DNA from: Candidatus Shapirobacteria bacterium UBA2283
GTDB lineage: Bacteria > Patescibacteriota > Microgenomatia > UBA12405
DNA: 64,000 bases
Assembly: GCA_002345725.1 (NCBI GenBank)
Contig: DDWP01000020.1
Coordinates: 1,433-65,432 of the forward strand
Reading direction: 5' to 3'
Positions 54,598 through 64,000 of the stretch are shown piece by piece. Each line of letters starts with the position of its first letter. Within the stretch, counting starts at the first letter, position 1. A model generated the notes under the pieces. That model worked only from the letters and a program-made list of their open reading frames with translations, did no database searches and was not told where the DNA came from. A program made the translations under genes and the position numbers.

Positions 54598-55935
54598 TTA
54601 TTTTAAACGAGAAATTGTATAAGTGGTAGGGAACTCTAAGAAAACAACCGGTGATTCTTCTAGTAAGAACCTTTGGAAATCATAATATATATTTTTTCGT
54701 TCTTGTTGATCAAATGATAATCTACCATCTTCAAGTAACTTATCTATTCTGGAGTTGTCGAAGTGGGTTATGTTGGTATTTTTTTGAGTTGAATGCCAGA
54801 AAATGTATTGGTCAGGGTCGACTGGTATCTGTCCAAATGCAAGTATCGTTTGATAATCTAGAAGGTTGGCTTGTTGATGTCGAAGCGTAATTTTGACGGA
54901 GATGTTGAATGTTTCTGACCAGCTTTTTTTTATTTCTTCTGCCATCCCCATTAATTGTCTGTCGGCAACCATTAACTCTAGTTGTTCGATTTCGTTTTTT
55001 TCAAACAACTCTTTTGCTCGAGTGACGTTAAATCTGTATTCTTTTACTTGGGGATTATATGCCCAAGAGTTGGGTGATATTGGACTTAGACACCTGGTGT
55101 TTTTGTCGGTAGTTTTAGGAGTGGCGTAAGCGATGGCTTGTCGTAGCTGCTTATTGTCTATCTTATCTGTATTTATAAATAAAGCAATGTATTGGTCGGT
55201 TGGGATCGAAGATGATAACTTGGTGTTTGGCCATTTTGAGAGTTCCTCGTTTAGTTGGTCGGTAGAAATCTGGTGCACTTCACCTAACTTAAAGGCATTA
55301 ATTAAATCGGTAGAATTGTTATAAAAATAATAAGTTAATCGGTCTTCCTTGGTGTCGATCGGTACGAGACTCAGAATTTTAATGTACCCATCTCGGTAGC
55401 TAATTTTGTCTACTTTGTATGACCCGAGACCGACATTTGTTTTTTTAAAAAATATGGGTTCATTAAGTTTTGATAGTAAGGGTGAAAAAACTTCAGGTGC
55501 TTTTATTTCTAATTGATGGGGGGAGATGGCTTTAGAGGTAGTCCCGGGGATATTGATCTCTATATCGTCTGCCTCCAGTTCTTTCTGATTGTGCCACAAT
55601 ATTCCTTTCTTAAGAGTGAACAAATAAGTCTTGTTATCATCTTTCATTTCTAGACTATCAACAATGGGAGAGATACTAGATCTTTCGTTTTCAGAGGTAA
55701 TAGACAGGCCATAGCTAATTTTGTGGCTAATGTCTTCAGGTAGTGTTTGAATGGTATAAAGACCTTCAATGCCAATTTTTTGTGTCCTTGGTTGAATTAT
55801 TGAGTAAATTTCGGACAGATTTTGTCTTTGGGTAAATATAATCGACCCAAATAGAATTCCACCAATAATGGCAAAGGCGTAGCTTTTTAGATAGTGAAAA
55901 CTGTATTCGAGAAAGAAACGAATTTTCTTGGGCAA
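54598..55935 (-). CDS. ABC transporter substrate-binding protein (family 5, peptide/nickel type), membrane-anchored
   Basis: N-terminal TM, SBP_bac_5-like segments (YRDGYIKILSLVP..., PVVFLEFPTTY). Confidence 0.6.
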   Translation of the reverse strand: MPKKIRFFLEYSFHYLKSYAFAIIGGILFGSIIFTQRQNLSEIYSIIQPRTQKIGIEGLYTIQTLPEDISHKISYGLSITSENERSSISPIVDSLEMKDDNKTYLFTLKKGILWHNQKELEADDIEINIPGTTSKAISPHQLEIKAPEVFSPLLSKLNEPIFFKKTNVGLGSYKVDKISYRDGYIKILSLVPIDTKEDRLTYYFYNNSTDLINAFKLGEVHQISTDQLNEELSKWPNTKLSSSIPTDQYIALFINTDKIDNKQLRQAIAYATPKTTDKNTRCLSPISPNSWAYNPQVKEYRFNVTRAKELFEKNEIEQLELMVADRQLMGMAEEIKKSWSETFNISVKITLRHQQANLLDYQTILAFGQIPVDPDQYIFWHSTQKNTNITHFDNSRIDKLLEDGRLSFDQQERKNIYYDFQRFLLEESPVVFLEFPTTYTISRLK

Positions 55936-55945
55936 GATGGTAGTT

Positions 55946-56155
55946 TTAAATAGTAGTTTGAATTATTGATGAGACTAGGAACAATATTAAGATAATTATA
56001 GTTATGTAAAACATAATTTTTTCCCAACCTCTTTTTTGAAAAGAGACGGAAGACATAATGTTTCCCCTGGAGTTGTCGTCACTAGCTTGTAAGAATATTA
56101 AAACACTTAAGCTGACAGAGAGTATGATTTGGAAAATGGTGAGAGCTGTTTTCAT
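55946..56155 (-). CDS. small membrane protein
   Basis: 69 aa with two hydrophobic helices. Confidence 0.35.
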   Translation of the reverse strand: MKTALTIFQIILSVSLSVLIFLQASDDNSRGNIMSSVSFQKRGWEKIMFYITIIILILFLVSSIIQTTI

Positions 56156-56613
56156 TTTTTTTCTTTTTTAGGTTTAATAATTGATTGAAAAAAGTATAGT
56201 AGGAAATTGGTAGAAGCGGAACTGATTACATACGTCCAGAATCCATAGAAACTAAGTTCTGGTATTGAAAACCCTTGCCAACTGGTGGCTGGTAAGTGGA
56301 TATTTTTGACAACAAAATCTGATAATAGAAAAACAGATAAATAGAATCCGACAGTATTAATAACTATCCTGAAAAAACCGAGGGTTAAGATGTTAATCGG
56401 AATTAGGAGGAGTTTGATAATGGGTTTAAGTAGGAGTTCAAACAGGGTTAGTACAAAAGCAACTTTAACAATAGTCCAGACACCATTTTCAAAAGTTAAA
56501 TTTTGCCAAAATTGGTTTTGGAGAGATAAGGCAAATGATATTAATAAGATAAATTTAAGAATTTTTTTCATGTTTTTTTGATATTTACTGTTAGTATTAT
56601 ACCGCTTATGCAA
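56152..56613 (-). CDS. integral membrane protein (4 TM)
   Basis: 153 aa, multiple hydrophobic helices. Confidence 0.45.
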   Translation of the reverse strand: MHKRYNTNSKYQKNMKKILKFILLISFALSLQNQFWQNLTFENGVWTIVKVAFVLTLFELLLKPIIKLLLIPINILTLGFFRIVINTVGFYLSVFLLSDFVVKNIHLPATSWQGFSIPELSFYGFWTYVISSASTNFLLYFFQSIIKPKKEKK

Positions 56614-58298
56614 AGTAAGAGTATGGTTGTGCCGACAAAAATACTCAGATTAAGATAATGATTTTTGTTTTCCAGGGTGAACTCCGTGTAAGGAACGGAA
56701 CCTTCTGAAGTAAGATAGATTTTTTTTGAAGACGGTAGAATTGACTGTAAGAATGATTGCTTGGGTATTTCTGTTTCAGTTGAACCGAAGGGTGGTAGCT
56801 GGATAACTGGTGACTGCCAACTGTTATCTTTGAGTTTTAGGGTGAAGTTATCGAGGCTGGTGGAATTTTGGTTATAAATATTTAAGGTCTGACCGTTTAA
56901 TTTTATTTTAGGAGGTACAATTTCAGATGTTAGATTTTTTGTGGCAAAATCTATAAAAACGGATTTGTTTGAATTACCATTTTTGTATGAGCCTGGTGGT
57001 GGTGGCAATTGGCTGTTTAAACCATGGATGACAAAGGTGACGTGGTTTAAGTCAAGCTCATTAAAGTAATCAATACCATTGGTAGTTTTTTCCCAAGTTG
57101 GGTCAATTGGTATCCATTGTTGAGTTTTGTTGTCGTAGTATTCTGGCCATGCATGCAAAACGTCAGAGTTTTGGTTAATAGGTTTTATTTTTAAGTCGTT
57201 GCTGTAGGCAAAACCCTCGATTTCTCGAGCAGGTATACCTTTGTTTCTGGCTAGTGTTATAAAAAGATCTGTGAACTCGGTACAGAGTGAGCTCGATGGA
57301 TTGTCTAGTGCACCAAGGGCGCCAACTCTCTTGGCATAGTTAATCCTGTTGTAGTCGTACTCTAAGTGATTTATGACGTAATTGTGAATGTCTTTGGGTC
57401 CAGACAAGCTTTGGCTGATAGAAGTTATCTTGGGGTGGTTCACGGGCCAGTAGGTTTGGTCAATTAAATATTCGGCAGGGTTTATGGAGTGCTGTCTTTT
57501 TATCGGTAAGTGAGTTTTTACCTGACCAGTGGCGGTAACGTCAATTTTTTCACCTGGGCTTAGGTTATAAGTGGCCAGCCAATTACCGTCCCCGTCGATA
57601 ATGACGTTTTGTGGTGCTGGCTCGATATTTCTATAAGTGACACTTTGGTTGTCTGTATTTGGTGGTATAGGAATTTGTCGAATAATTACCTTTGAGGTGT
57701 CGTTACCTAAATGGTAGTGTAGCTTGAAATCGAATAGTTGATGATCACCAAAAATTAAAAGTATTTTTTTTTCAAGTTGAGTTTGGTCAAATTTTATTTG
57801 AGTAGACTGGTTAAGTTGGTGTGTGCTATTGACTGGTGTTGAAGAAAAAGACAGATTGCCGAAATAAGAAGGTACCTCAACTGTTACTTGGATGATACTG
57901 TCGTTAAATGAATGTTTGTAAACTGGGAGCTGGACTTCCCAAGTATTACCCTTTTTCTTGGCAAATTCTGAAATGGTATATGTAAGGAAAAACTGGTTTG
58001 TCTGGTCTTTACCTATTATGGGTTTGTCAAACTTAACTAAAATTTTACTTAGGTTTTCTGCAGAAGAAGTAAGTTGTCCGCCAGCGATATTGTCTATCTT
58101 TGATCCGGATATGCTGAATTCATATTCTTTGGCGTATATTTGCGAAATGTTGTTTGTTAGATTGATTTCTTGTTTAACGCTGGCATTTCCACTTTGGTCA
58201 ACAAGATAATGAACTTTTTGATTAACTCTAAATTCTTCGAGTGCTCTTGCGGGAGAGATAAAGAGAAGGAATAAAGTTAAGAAAAAGAAAATAAACAT
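56568..58298 (-). CDS. transglutaminase-like domain protein (secreted, C-terminal TM anchor)
   Basis: Cys-His-Asp core SLCTEFTDLFITLARNKGIPAREIEGFAY...VLHAWPEYYD; signal peptide and C-terminal TM. Confidence 0.65.
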   Translation of the reverse strand: MFIFFFLTLFLLFISPARALEEFRVNQKVHYLVDQSGNASVKQEINLTNNISQIYAKEYEFSISGSKIDNIAGGQLTSSAENLSKILVKFDKPIIGKDQTNQFFLTYTISEFAKKKGNTWEVQLPVYKHSFNDSIIQVTVEVPSYFGNLSFSSTPVNSTHQLNQSTQIKFDQTQLEKKILLIFGDHQLFDFKLHYHLGNDTSKVIIRQIPIPPNTDNQSVTYRNIEPAPQNVIIDGDGNWLATYNLSPGEKIDVTATGQVKTHLPIKRQHSINPAEYLIDQTYWPVNHPKITSISQSLSGPKDIHNYVINHLEYDYNRINYAKRVGALGALDNPSSSLCTEFTDLFITLARNKGIPAREIEGFAYSNDLKIKPINQNSDVLHAWPEYYDNKTQQWIPIDPTWEKTTNGIDYFNELDLNHVTFVIHGLNSQLPPPPGSYKNGNSNKSVFIDFATKNLTSEIVPPKIKLNGQTLNIYNQNSTSLDNFTLKLKDNSWQSPVIQLPPFGSTETEIPKQSFLQSILPSSKKIYLTSEGSVPYTEFTLENKNHYLNLSIFVGTTILLLCISGIILTVNIKKT

Positions 58299-58986
58299 GA
58301 TAGTACTACTATATCAAATAGACAAATATCTTGACTTCGGGTATTGTTCGTGTCATGCTACTAACATGACAGCAACTTTATATAAACGACAAAAGCAGAT
58401 ACTTGAATATATTAATAATAATATTGATAAATTTGGATGTGCTCCGACATTAACTGAGATTGCTTCTCATTTGGGATTGTCGTCTCTGGCAACTGTGCAT
58501 GAACACTTGGGGGTATTGGAGAAAAAAGGTTTGATAAGACGTTATCGAGGTGCAGTGAGGGGTATCGAAGTGTTGGGGCAGAAAATAAAAAGTAAGGTGT
58601 CTCAACTTGTAGAGTTGCCGGTATTAGGTTTTATTGCTTGCGGAGCTCCTTTGGAGCCATATACTGATCCAAATGCAACTTTGGCGGTTAATTCTAGTTT
58701 TGTTAAAGAGGGTGATGATTCTTATGTTCTACAAGCAAAGGGTGATTCGATGATGGACGACGGTATTTTGAGCGGTGACTATCTAGTTATTAAAAAACAA
58801 AAAAGTGCTAATAATGGAGATATCGTGGTAGCAGTGTTGTCAAATGGGTTTGCTACTTTAAAGAGATTTTATCGAGAAGCAGATAGAGTCAGGTTGCAGC
58901 CAGCCAATTCAACGATGTCCCCTATTTATGTTAAAAACGTAGAGATACAGGGTAAGGTTGTGGCGGTTATTAGACAATTTAATTAA
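58297..58986 (+). CDS. lexA: LexA repressor (S24 peptidase)
   Basis: N-terminal LexA DNA-binding wHTH (KRQKQILEYI...LTEIASHLGLSS...VHEHLGVLEKKGLIRR), C-terminal S24 domain with GDSM and Lys (VVAVLSNGFATLKRF). Probable start MTATLYK (58366). Confidence 0.8.
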   Translation: MIVLLYQIDKYLDFGYCSCHATNMTATLYKRQKQILEYINNNIDKFGCAPTLTEIASHLGLSSLATVHEHLGVLEKKGLIRRYRGAVRGIEVLGQKIKSKVSQLVELPVLGFIACGAPLEPYTDPNATLAVNSSFVKEGDDSYVLQAKGDSMMDDGILSGDYLVIKKQKSANNGDIVVAVLSNGFATLKRFYREADRVRLQPANSTMSPIYVKNVEIQGKVVAVIRQFN

Positions 58987-58994
58987 AAACTAGA

Positions 58995-59624
58995 ATGTTG
59001 TATATAATTGCGACACCTATTGGAAATTTGAAAGATATTACTTTGAGGGCAGTGGAAACATTGGAGCAGATTGATGTGTTGTTGTGTGAGGACACTAGAA
59101 AGACTGGTTTGTTGTTGCAGAATTTGAAGATTGGTAACAAGCCAAAGTTATTGTCTTTTTATGATGAGGTTGAACAACAAAAAATACCTCAGATTATAGA
59201 AATGTTAAAAGAAGGGTTGGAAATTGGGCTGGTGACAGATGCAGGTACCCCTTTGATTTCAGATCCTGGATGGCTTCTAGTCAAAAAGTGCCAAGAACTA
59301 GGTTTAAGTTACACGGCTTTGCCTGGAGCTTGTGCTGTGGTTAATGCTGCTGTTTTGTCTGGGTTACCAATACAGAGGTTCTGTTTTCTTGGCTTTATGC
59401 CAAAGAAAGAAGGTGATATTAGAAAAGTCTTGGAAAAATACAAAGGTTTTGATGGTGCAAAAATAATTTACGAATCCCCTCTTCGAACTGAGAAAACTGT
59501 CAAAATAGTACAAGAAATGGGTGGAGAAGTTCGAATAATTCGAGAAATGACAAAAAAATTTGAAGAGGTAAAGACGAATCTTGATGGTGATACTAGAGGT
59601 GAGGTGGTGATTGTTTTTACTTAG
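58995..59624 (+). CDS. rsmI: 16S rRNA (cytidine1402-2'-O)-methyltransferase
   Basis: MLYIIATPIGNLKDITLRAVETLEQIDVLLCEDTRKTGLLL, tetrapyrrole-methylase-like RsmI signature. Confidence 0.8.
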   Translation: MLYIIATPIGNLKDITLRAVETLEQIDVLLCEDTRKTGLLLQNLKIGNKPKLLSFYDEVEQQKIPQIIEMLKEGLEIGLVTDAGTPLISDPGWLLVKKCQELGLSYTALPGACAVVNAAVLSGLPIQRFCFLGFMPKKEGDIRKVLEKYKGFDGAKIIYESPLRTEKTVKIVQEMGGEVRIIREMTKKFEEVKTNLDGDTRGEVVIVFT

Positions 59625-61887
59625 ATACCTTCCTTTTTTCTGCCCAGGAGACAACTTCCCGAGTTCGATCGATAGCATCGGGACTAACAGATATACTGGT
59701 GACTCCCCAACGAACAAGTTTTTCGACAAGGTCAGGATGATTGCTGGGTGCTTGTCCGCAAATTGAAGAAGTTATTCCACGCTTTTTTGCCTTAGTAACG
59801 GCTCTTTTAAGACTCCAAAGTACTGCTGGATCCATTTCGTTGAAATCTTTAGCTACTTCACCATTGTCACGATCTAGGCCAAGCGTGAGCATGGTTAAGT
59901 CGTTGCTGCCGATACTGATACCATCAATTCCGACATCAATGAATTTATCGAGCAGGATAACGTTGCTGGGAATCTCGACCATCATAAATAATTTGAAGGT
60001 AGGTGATCGGAGTAGCCCATGGTCAGTGATGATTTGTTTCACCCGGGCCATTTCTTGCGGTGTTCTGACAAAAGGAATCATTAACCAGAGGTTTTTTAAA
60101 TTAAATTTGTTACGAACCATTTTGATAGCCTCAAGTTCCATACTAAAAACATCTGGAGAGTTGATATAACGTGTAGCACCGCGAAAACCTAGAAGTGGAT
60201 TTGGTTCTTCAGGCTCATAGAGTTTGCCCCATTTCAGAAAGCGATACTCGTTTGTTTTGAAGTCAGTGGCCCGGTAAATTACTGGACGGGGGTTGAAGTT
60301 TTTACAAAACTGAGATAGTCCGAGTGCTAGTTTTTCTATATATTCTTTTTGTTTACCGTCAGCAATCATTTTTTTTGGGTGGATGCCGATATTAGCAATC
60401 ATAAATTCGGCTCGGAGGAGACCGACACCGTCGACATGACGCTTACTGACGGTCTTTGCTAGTTCTGGCTCGCCAAGGTTGACATATATTTTAGTAGCAG
60501 TCTTGGTTGGAGTTTTAGAGCCGTGGTGTTTTGGAACGTTAGTGGAAGGGAGGCTTGACATAACGTTTCCGTGCCAGATTTCTCCGGTAGTACCATTTAT
60601 GGTGACGACTTCTCCTTCTTTAAAATTCTTGGTGGCAGTCTTAGCCCCAACAACACAAGGAACACCTAATTCGCGACTAACGATAGCAGCATGGGAGGTC
60701 TGTCCGCCTTTATCGGTGATTATGCCATTAACACGTTTCATAGCAGGGACAAAGTCTGGTGATGTCATTGAAGTGACAAGGATGTGTCCTTTTTTAACTT
60801 TGTTAATTTCTTTGGGGGATTTAATGAGAACAGCTATACCTGTGGCTGTACCTGGACTGGCGGGCTCTCCTTTAAGGTCTGCCTCTTTGCTGATGTCTAC
60901 TTGTTTGTCAATTGTTTTTTGATTGCTGGTGATGGTGGTGATTGGTCGGGTCTGGACAATATAAAGTTGATCTTTGTAAATAGCAAATTCTATGTCTTGT
61001 GGTTTGCCGTAATGATTGTGGAGTTTTTGACCTATTTTGGCAATTTTTTTGGCCATTTCGTCACTAATCTTAGCTTTTTTTTGCTTGGATTTAGGGACTG
61101 AAACCTCTCTTGTTTCTTGGTTTGATTTTACTAATTGAACATCTTGAGTTACGTGATTTTTAGAGATGATGCTCCAATTGCTTTTATCGAGAATTATCTG
61201 GTCAGGGGTCACTTGGCCTTGGACAATATATTCCCCGAGCCCCCAAATTGTCTCGACAATTATTTCATTTTTGTTGTTGTTTACTGGATTGACTGTAAAC
61301 ATTATTCCGGATACTTCGCTTTGAATTTGTTTTTGAACTGGGACGGCTACGCCAACTTTAAAATGGTTGTATCTTTTCTTAACTCGATAAAATATTGAAC
61401 GAGGGGTAAATAGGCTGGCCCAACAATCTCTAACTCTTTGAACAACGTTTGCTTCACCGATGACGTTAAGAAAGGTTTCTTGTTGTCCAGCAAAGGAGGC
61501 ATCGGCGGAATCTTCGGCAGTAGCAGATGAACGGACAGCTACTGGCATGTCTTGTAAACTGGCAAAACCAGAGAGTTTTTTATAGCCTTTCATAATATCG
61601 ATGGCAATATCGTTGGGCATTGGGCTAGTTTTAATAAGTTGTTTTATTTTGCGTGAAGCGGCAAGTAGTTGATCTGGCTGATCAACGTCGGTGGTTTCGA
61701 GTATGTCACTGATTTTTGGTTTTAGATTGTTTTCTTTGACGAAACGAAAATACGAGTTAGAAGTAACCACAAAGCCGTTGGGTACCGGAATACCCAGATT
61801 GTACATTTCTCCTAGATTTGCTCCTTTCCCCCCGACGAGAGGAACATCTTCAAAACTAATTTCTTTGAACCATAAGATGTTTGTCAT
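59617..61887 (-). CDS. ppsA: phosphoenolpyruvate synthase (pyruvate, water dikinase)
   Basis: N-terminal PPDK_N (VGGKGANLGEM), phospho-His domain GGQTSHAAIVSRELGVPCVVG, C-terminal PEP-utilising TIM barrel; 756 aa. Confidence 0.8.
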   Translation of the reverse strand: MTNILWFKEISFEDVPLVGGKGANLGEMYNLGIPVPNGFVVTSNSYFRFVKENNLKPKISDILETTDVDQPDQLLAASRKIKQLIKTSPMPNDIAIDIMKGYKKLSGFASLQDMPVAVRSSATAEDSADASFAGQQETFLNVIGEANVVQRVRDCWASLFTPRSIFYRVKKRYNHFKVGVAVPVQKQIQSEVSGIMFTVNPVNNNKNEIIVETIWGLGEYIVQGQVTPDQIILDKSNWSIISKNHVTQDVQLVKSNQETREVSVPKSKQKKAKISDEMAKKIAKIGQKLHNHYGKPQDIEFAIYKDQLYIVQTRPITTITSNQKTIDKQVDISKEADLKGEPASPGTATGIAVLIKSPKEINKVKKGHILVTSMTSPDFVPAMKRVNGIITDKGGQTSHAAIVSRELGVPCVVGAKTATKNFKEGEVVTINGTTGEIWHGNVMSSLPSTNVPKHHGSKTPTKTATKIYVNLGEPELAKTVSKRHVDGVGLLRAEFMIANIGIHPKKMIADGKQKEYIEKLALGLSQFCKNFNPRPVIYRATDFKTNEYRFLKWGKLYEPEEPNPLLGFRGATRYINSPDVFSMELEAIKMVRNKFNLKNLWLMIPFVRTPQEMARVKQIITDHGLLRSPTFKLFMMVEIPSNVILLDKFIDVGIDGISIGSNDLTMLTLGLDRDNGEVAKDFNEMDPAVLWSLKRAVTKAKKRGITSSICGQAPSNHPDLVEKLVRWGVTSISVSPDAIDRTREVVSWAEKRKVSK

Positions 61888-62264
61888 TGTTGGTAACCTC
61901 GATTGGGTGAATTTCTAATTGATTCGGTTTCTGTGGGGCGGGAGTAGTCGTCTTCGATTCTGATAGTGTTACCCACTTCTGGAGTTGAGGCTTCGATAGT
62001 GACACAGTCAGTGATGGCTTCAAAACGATGAATGGTATTGGTGGTAATTGTATAGCCAGTGTTGGGGATCATGTCAAAAATTGAATCTCCTATTCTGAAC
62101 TTGGCTTGACCAGAGAGGAGGGTGATGGTTTCAGTTTTTTGGTCGTGGCTTTGGAGAGACCAGCGTTGACCTGCTTTGGTAAAAGCAATCTTACTGGTAT
62201 ATGGCAGATTATCTTCGGTTAGTTTTATTTCAAAGCCCCAGGGCTTATTTATTTTTATAGACAC
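61884..62264 (-). CDS. cupin domain protein
   Basis: KPWGFE...WSLQSHDQKTETITLLSGQAKF cupin motifs. Confidence 0.6.
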   Translation of the reverse strand: MSIKINKPWGFEIKLTEDNLPYTSKIAFTKAGQRWSLQSHDQKTETITLLSGQAKFRIGDSIFDMIPNTGYTITTNTIHRFEAITDCVTIEASTPEVGNTIRIEDDYSRPTETESIRNSPNRGYQQ

Positions 62265-62286
62265 TATAAAAATAATAGCAGATTTA

Positions 62287-62904
62287 CTACTTTACTAGTG
62301 GGGTTAGTACACGAATTAAGGCTGTTTCTCGGGGTAAGGACAGTTGTCCTGTTTTGTATTGGAACTCCAATTCAATTACTTGGAGGTAAGCCTTTTTGAG
62401 TAGATTCTGATCAAATTTGGAACTAGTTTGGATTTGTTTGCGAAAACTACCTTTAAGTAAATAAACAAACAGATCAAATAAACCTGAAGAGACAACTTGT
62501 TCAAATAGTGGGGCAAAACTATTTAACTGATGAGGCCTAATGCTGTTGAGGCAAGCAAATAATTTGTTATCAAGTTTGAAGGAAAGTATTTTTGGTTGAG
62601 AAAATACTTTTTGTTGGGTAGGTGTAATTGTTTTGTCCTGCCAGATGAGTAGATCGGTTGAATTACTATTTATAATAGTGACTAATTTGTCTAGAATTGG
62701 TTTGGAGATAGAGAAGAGGTTATCGATAGCTAAAGTTTTTGAATCCTCAAATAAAGAGCCGCTACTGAGAAAGTTGTTGACTTGGTTGAGGTCGATGCCT
62801 TTGGCGTTAATCTGGAGGACAGAGCCGTTCTTTGCTTGAGAGATAGCCTCTAGATAAGCGCTACGTGATTGAGCAGTGTTGTCACCGTGAAATATTGTTA
62901 TCAC
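62287..62904 (-). CDS. putative DNA polymerase III delta subunit (HolA-like, short)
   Basis: MITIFHGDN...YLEAISQ N-terminus and overall layout resemble small HolA proteins; weak call. Confidence 0.35.
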   Translation of the reverse strand: MITIFHGDNTAQSRSAYLEAISQAKNGSVLQINAKGIDLNQVNNFLSSGSLFEDSKTLAIDNLFSISKPILDKLVTIINSNSTDLLIWQDKTITPTQQKVFSQPKILSFKLDNKLFACLNSIRPHQLNSFAPLFEQVVSSGLFDLFVYLLKGSFRKQIQTSSKFDQNLLKKAYLQVIELEFQYKTGQLSLPRETALIRVLTPLVK

Positions 62905-62908
62905 AAGG

Positions 62909-62982
62909 TGACTCCGGAGGGAGTCGAACCCTCGATTGCCTGGATGAAAGCCAGGAGTCCTAGGCCACTAGACGACGGAGCC
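62909..62982 (-). tRNA. tRNA-Glu (anticodon TTC)
   Basis: Reverse complement GGCTCCGTCGTCTAGTGGCCTAGGACTCCTGGCTTTCATCCAGGCAATCGAGGGTTCGACTCCCTCCGGAGTCA. Confidence 0.8.
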
Positions 62983-63017
62983 GTTTAATAATGGAGTATT
63001 TTAACATCTGTAAAGTG

Positions 63018-64000
63018 CTAATTATAGCCTTTAGCCTGAAGAAGAAAAGATTTGGCGTAAAGACCATTAGCTTTAATTAAATCATCATGGCTCCCCTGCT
63101 CGACAATGCTGCCTTTATCGATCACGATAATTCTTTGGGCGTTTCTGACGGTAGAGAAGCGGTGAGACACGATAATTAAGGTGTTACCATGGATGTCTTG
63201 GTAAAGTTGATTAAAAATTTTGCTTTCAGAAACAGCATCGATACTGGCTGTGGGTTCGTCAAGAATAATTATAGGGCTGTTTCGATAAAAAATCCTTGCG
63301 ATAGCAATTTTTTGCATTTGACCCCATGAAGGTTCTTCACCGTCGTATCTCTGGCTAAGCATGGTATCTAGACCTTTAGAATATTTGTCTACAAAACTAG
63401 CATCGGCTTTTTTCAGGGCTGATAACACTTGTTTATCGTTGGGTTTGCCTAGTTTACCGATAGTGACATTGTCGCGTAAGCTTAAATTGCCATAGCGGTT
63501 GAATTCTTGGGATAGATATGACAACTGTGTGTGCCAAGATTCTATGTTGATATCTTTTAAGTTGATGTCATTTATAAATATATTACCGGAGGTTGGGTCA
63601 TAAAAACGACAGATTAACTTTACTAAAGTACTTTTGCCGGCGCCATTTTCACCGACAATGGCGATTTCTTCACTGGTGTTGATAGTTAAATTTAGGTTTT
63701 TGTAAACGTAACGTTTGCTGTTGGGATATTTAAAGCTGACATTGTCAAAACGGATAGTGGGAGGGACAGAGATGTTGATTTCTTGGGATCCACTAACAAC
63801 GACATTTTTTAAGTTCATAACTTGGCGAAAATTGCCGATGTGGTAGCTATTTTCGGTGATGCTAACCGAGTTGTAGACTAGACTGCTAAAAAAATCGCCA
63901 GCTTGGGTGATTGTTTGAAAATAGAAAGTAAACAGACCAATAGTAAGAAGACCATCATGGGTCTGTCCAACAAGCGTATAAAGGCAATAGGCTGTGATGG
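63018..64000 (-). CDS. ABC transporter permease/ATP-binding fusion protein (exporter type), 5' part beyond window end
   Basis: NBD motifs GENGAGKSTLVKL, LSGGQ-like QMQKIAIARI, ILDEPTASID. The same frame stays open upstream of the Met at 63818 and reads ...LVGQTHDGLLTIGLFTFYFQTITQAGDFFSSLVYNSVSITEN (TM helix), so the CDS continues past 64000. Confidence 0.75.
   Translation of the reverse strand, partial: ITAYCLYTLVGQTHDGLLTIGLFTFYFQTITQAGDFFSSLVYNSVSITENSYHIGNFRQVMNLKNVVVSGSQEINISVPPTIRFDNVSFKYPNSKRYVYKNLNLTINTSEEIAIVGENGAGKSTLVKLICRFYDPTSGNIFINDINLKDINIESWHTQLSYLSQEFNRYGNLSLRDNVTIGKLGKPNDKQVLSALKKADASFVDKYSKGLDTMLSQRYDGEEPSWGQMQKIAIARIFYRNSPIIILDEPTASIDAVSESKIFNQLYQDIHGNTLIIVSHRFSTVRNAQRIIVIDKGSIVEQGSHDDLIKANGLYAKSFLLQAKGYN

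Noticed and set aside
63818-63818. Met at 63818 as the start of a stand-alone ABC ATPase
   Set aside because: The same frame remains open upstream to the window edge and encodes a hydrophobic TM helix and linker (…LLTIGLFTFYFQTITQAGDFFSS…), so this is an internal Met of a fused permease-ATPase gene continuing beyond 64000.

Overview
This is a low-GC bacterial window (Shine-Dalgarno AGGAGGTGA is common and standard-code ORFs are long; possibly CPR/Patescibacteria-like, which cannot be confirmed here). A roughly 50-kb phage-derived mosaic region (about 1.8 kb to 51.7 kb) lies between host tRNA clusters.

- **Left host flank:** partial NAD-dependent epimerase, tgt, and tRNA-Pro, tRNA-Leu and tRNA-Gly.
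- **Phage early region:** a large serine recombinase next to and overlapping tRNA-Gly(TCC); a lysogeny module (DUF3800, an ImmA/IrrE-like protein with HAxxH, an XRE repressor and a divergent Cro-like HTH); a replication-initiator-like gene with internal palindromic iterons; Dcm C5-MTase and a ParB-fused N6/N4-MTase; small and large terminase.
- **Cargo block:** ECF sigma/anti-sigma pair, MltG, and secreted paralogs.
- **Defence island on the minus strand (one apparent transcription unit):** HTH_17, type I RM hsdM-hsdS-hsdR, then a Gabija-like OLD ATPase/Toprim, a UvrD-like helicase, a Cas4-like Fe-S PD-(D/E)xK nuclease and two small unknown genes.
- **Virion module:** portal; a reverse-strand metabolic cassette flanked by two copies of a conserved box plus terminator-hairpin element; scaffold; capsid; a standalone repeat-domain protein; a KH-domain protein; a triple-domain amidase_2; a tail-fibre-like repeat protein; a 1541-aa giant protein with an ART-like domain.
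- **Lysis cassette:** C39-like peptidase, holin, XhlA-like protein.
- **Right flank:** AbrB-like, NUDIX, a six-tRNA array, GIY-YIG, and host genes (solute-binding protein, transglutaminase-like, LexA, RsmI, PpsA, cupin, HolA-like, tRNA-Glu, partial ABC exporter).

No CRISPR array was found. All calls rest on reading motifs in the ORF translations and the DNA by eye; no searches were run.
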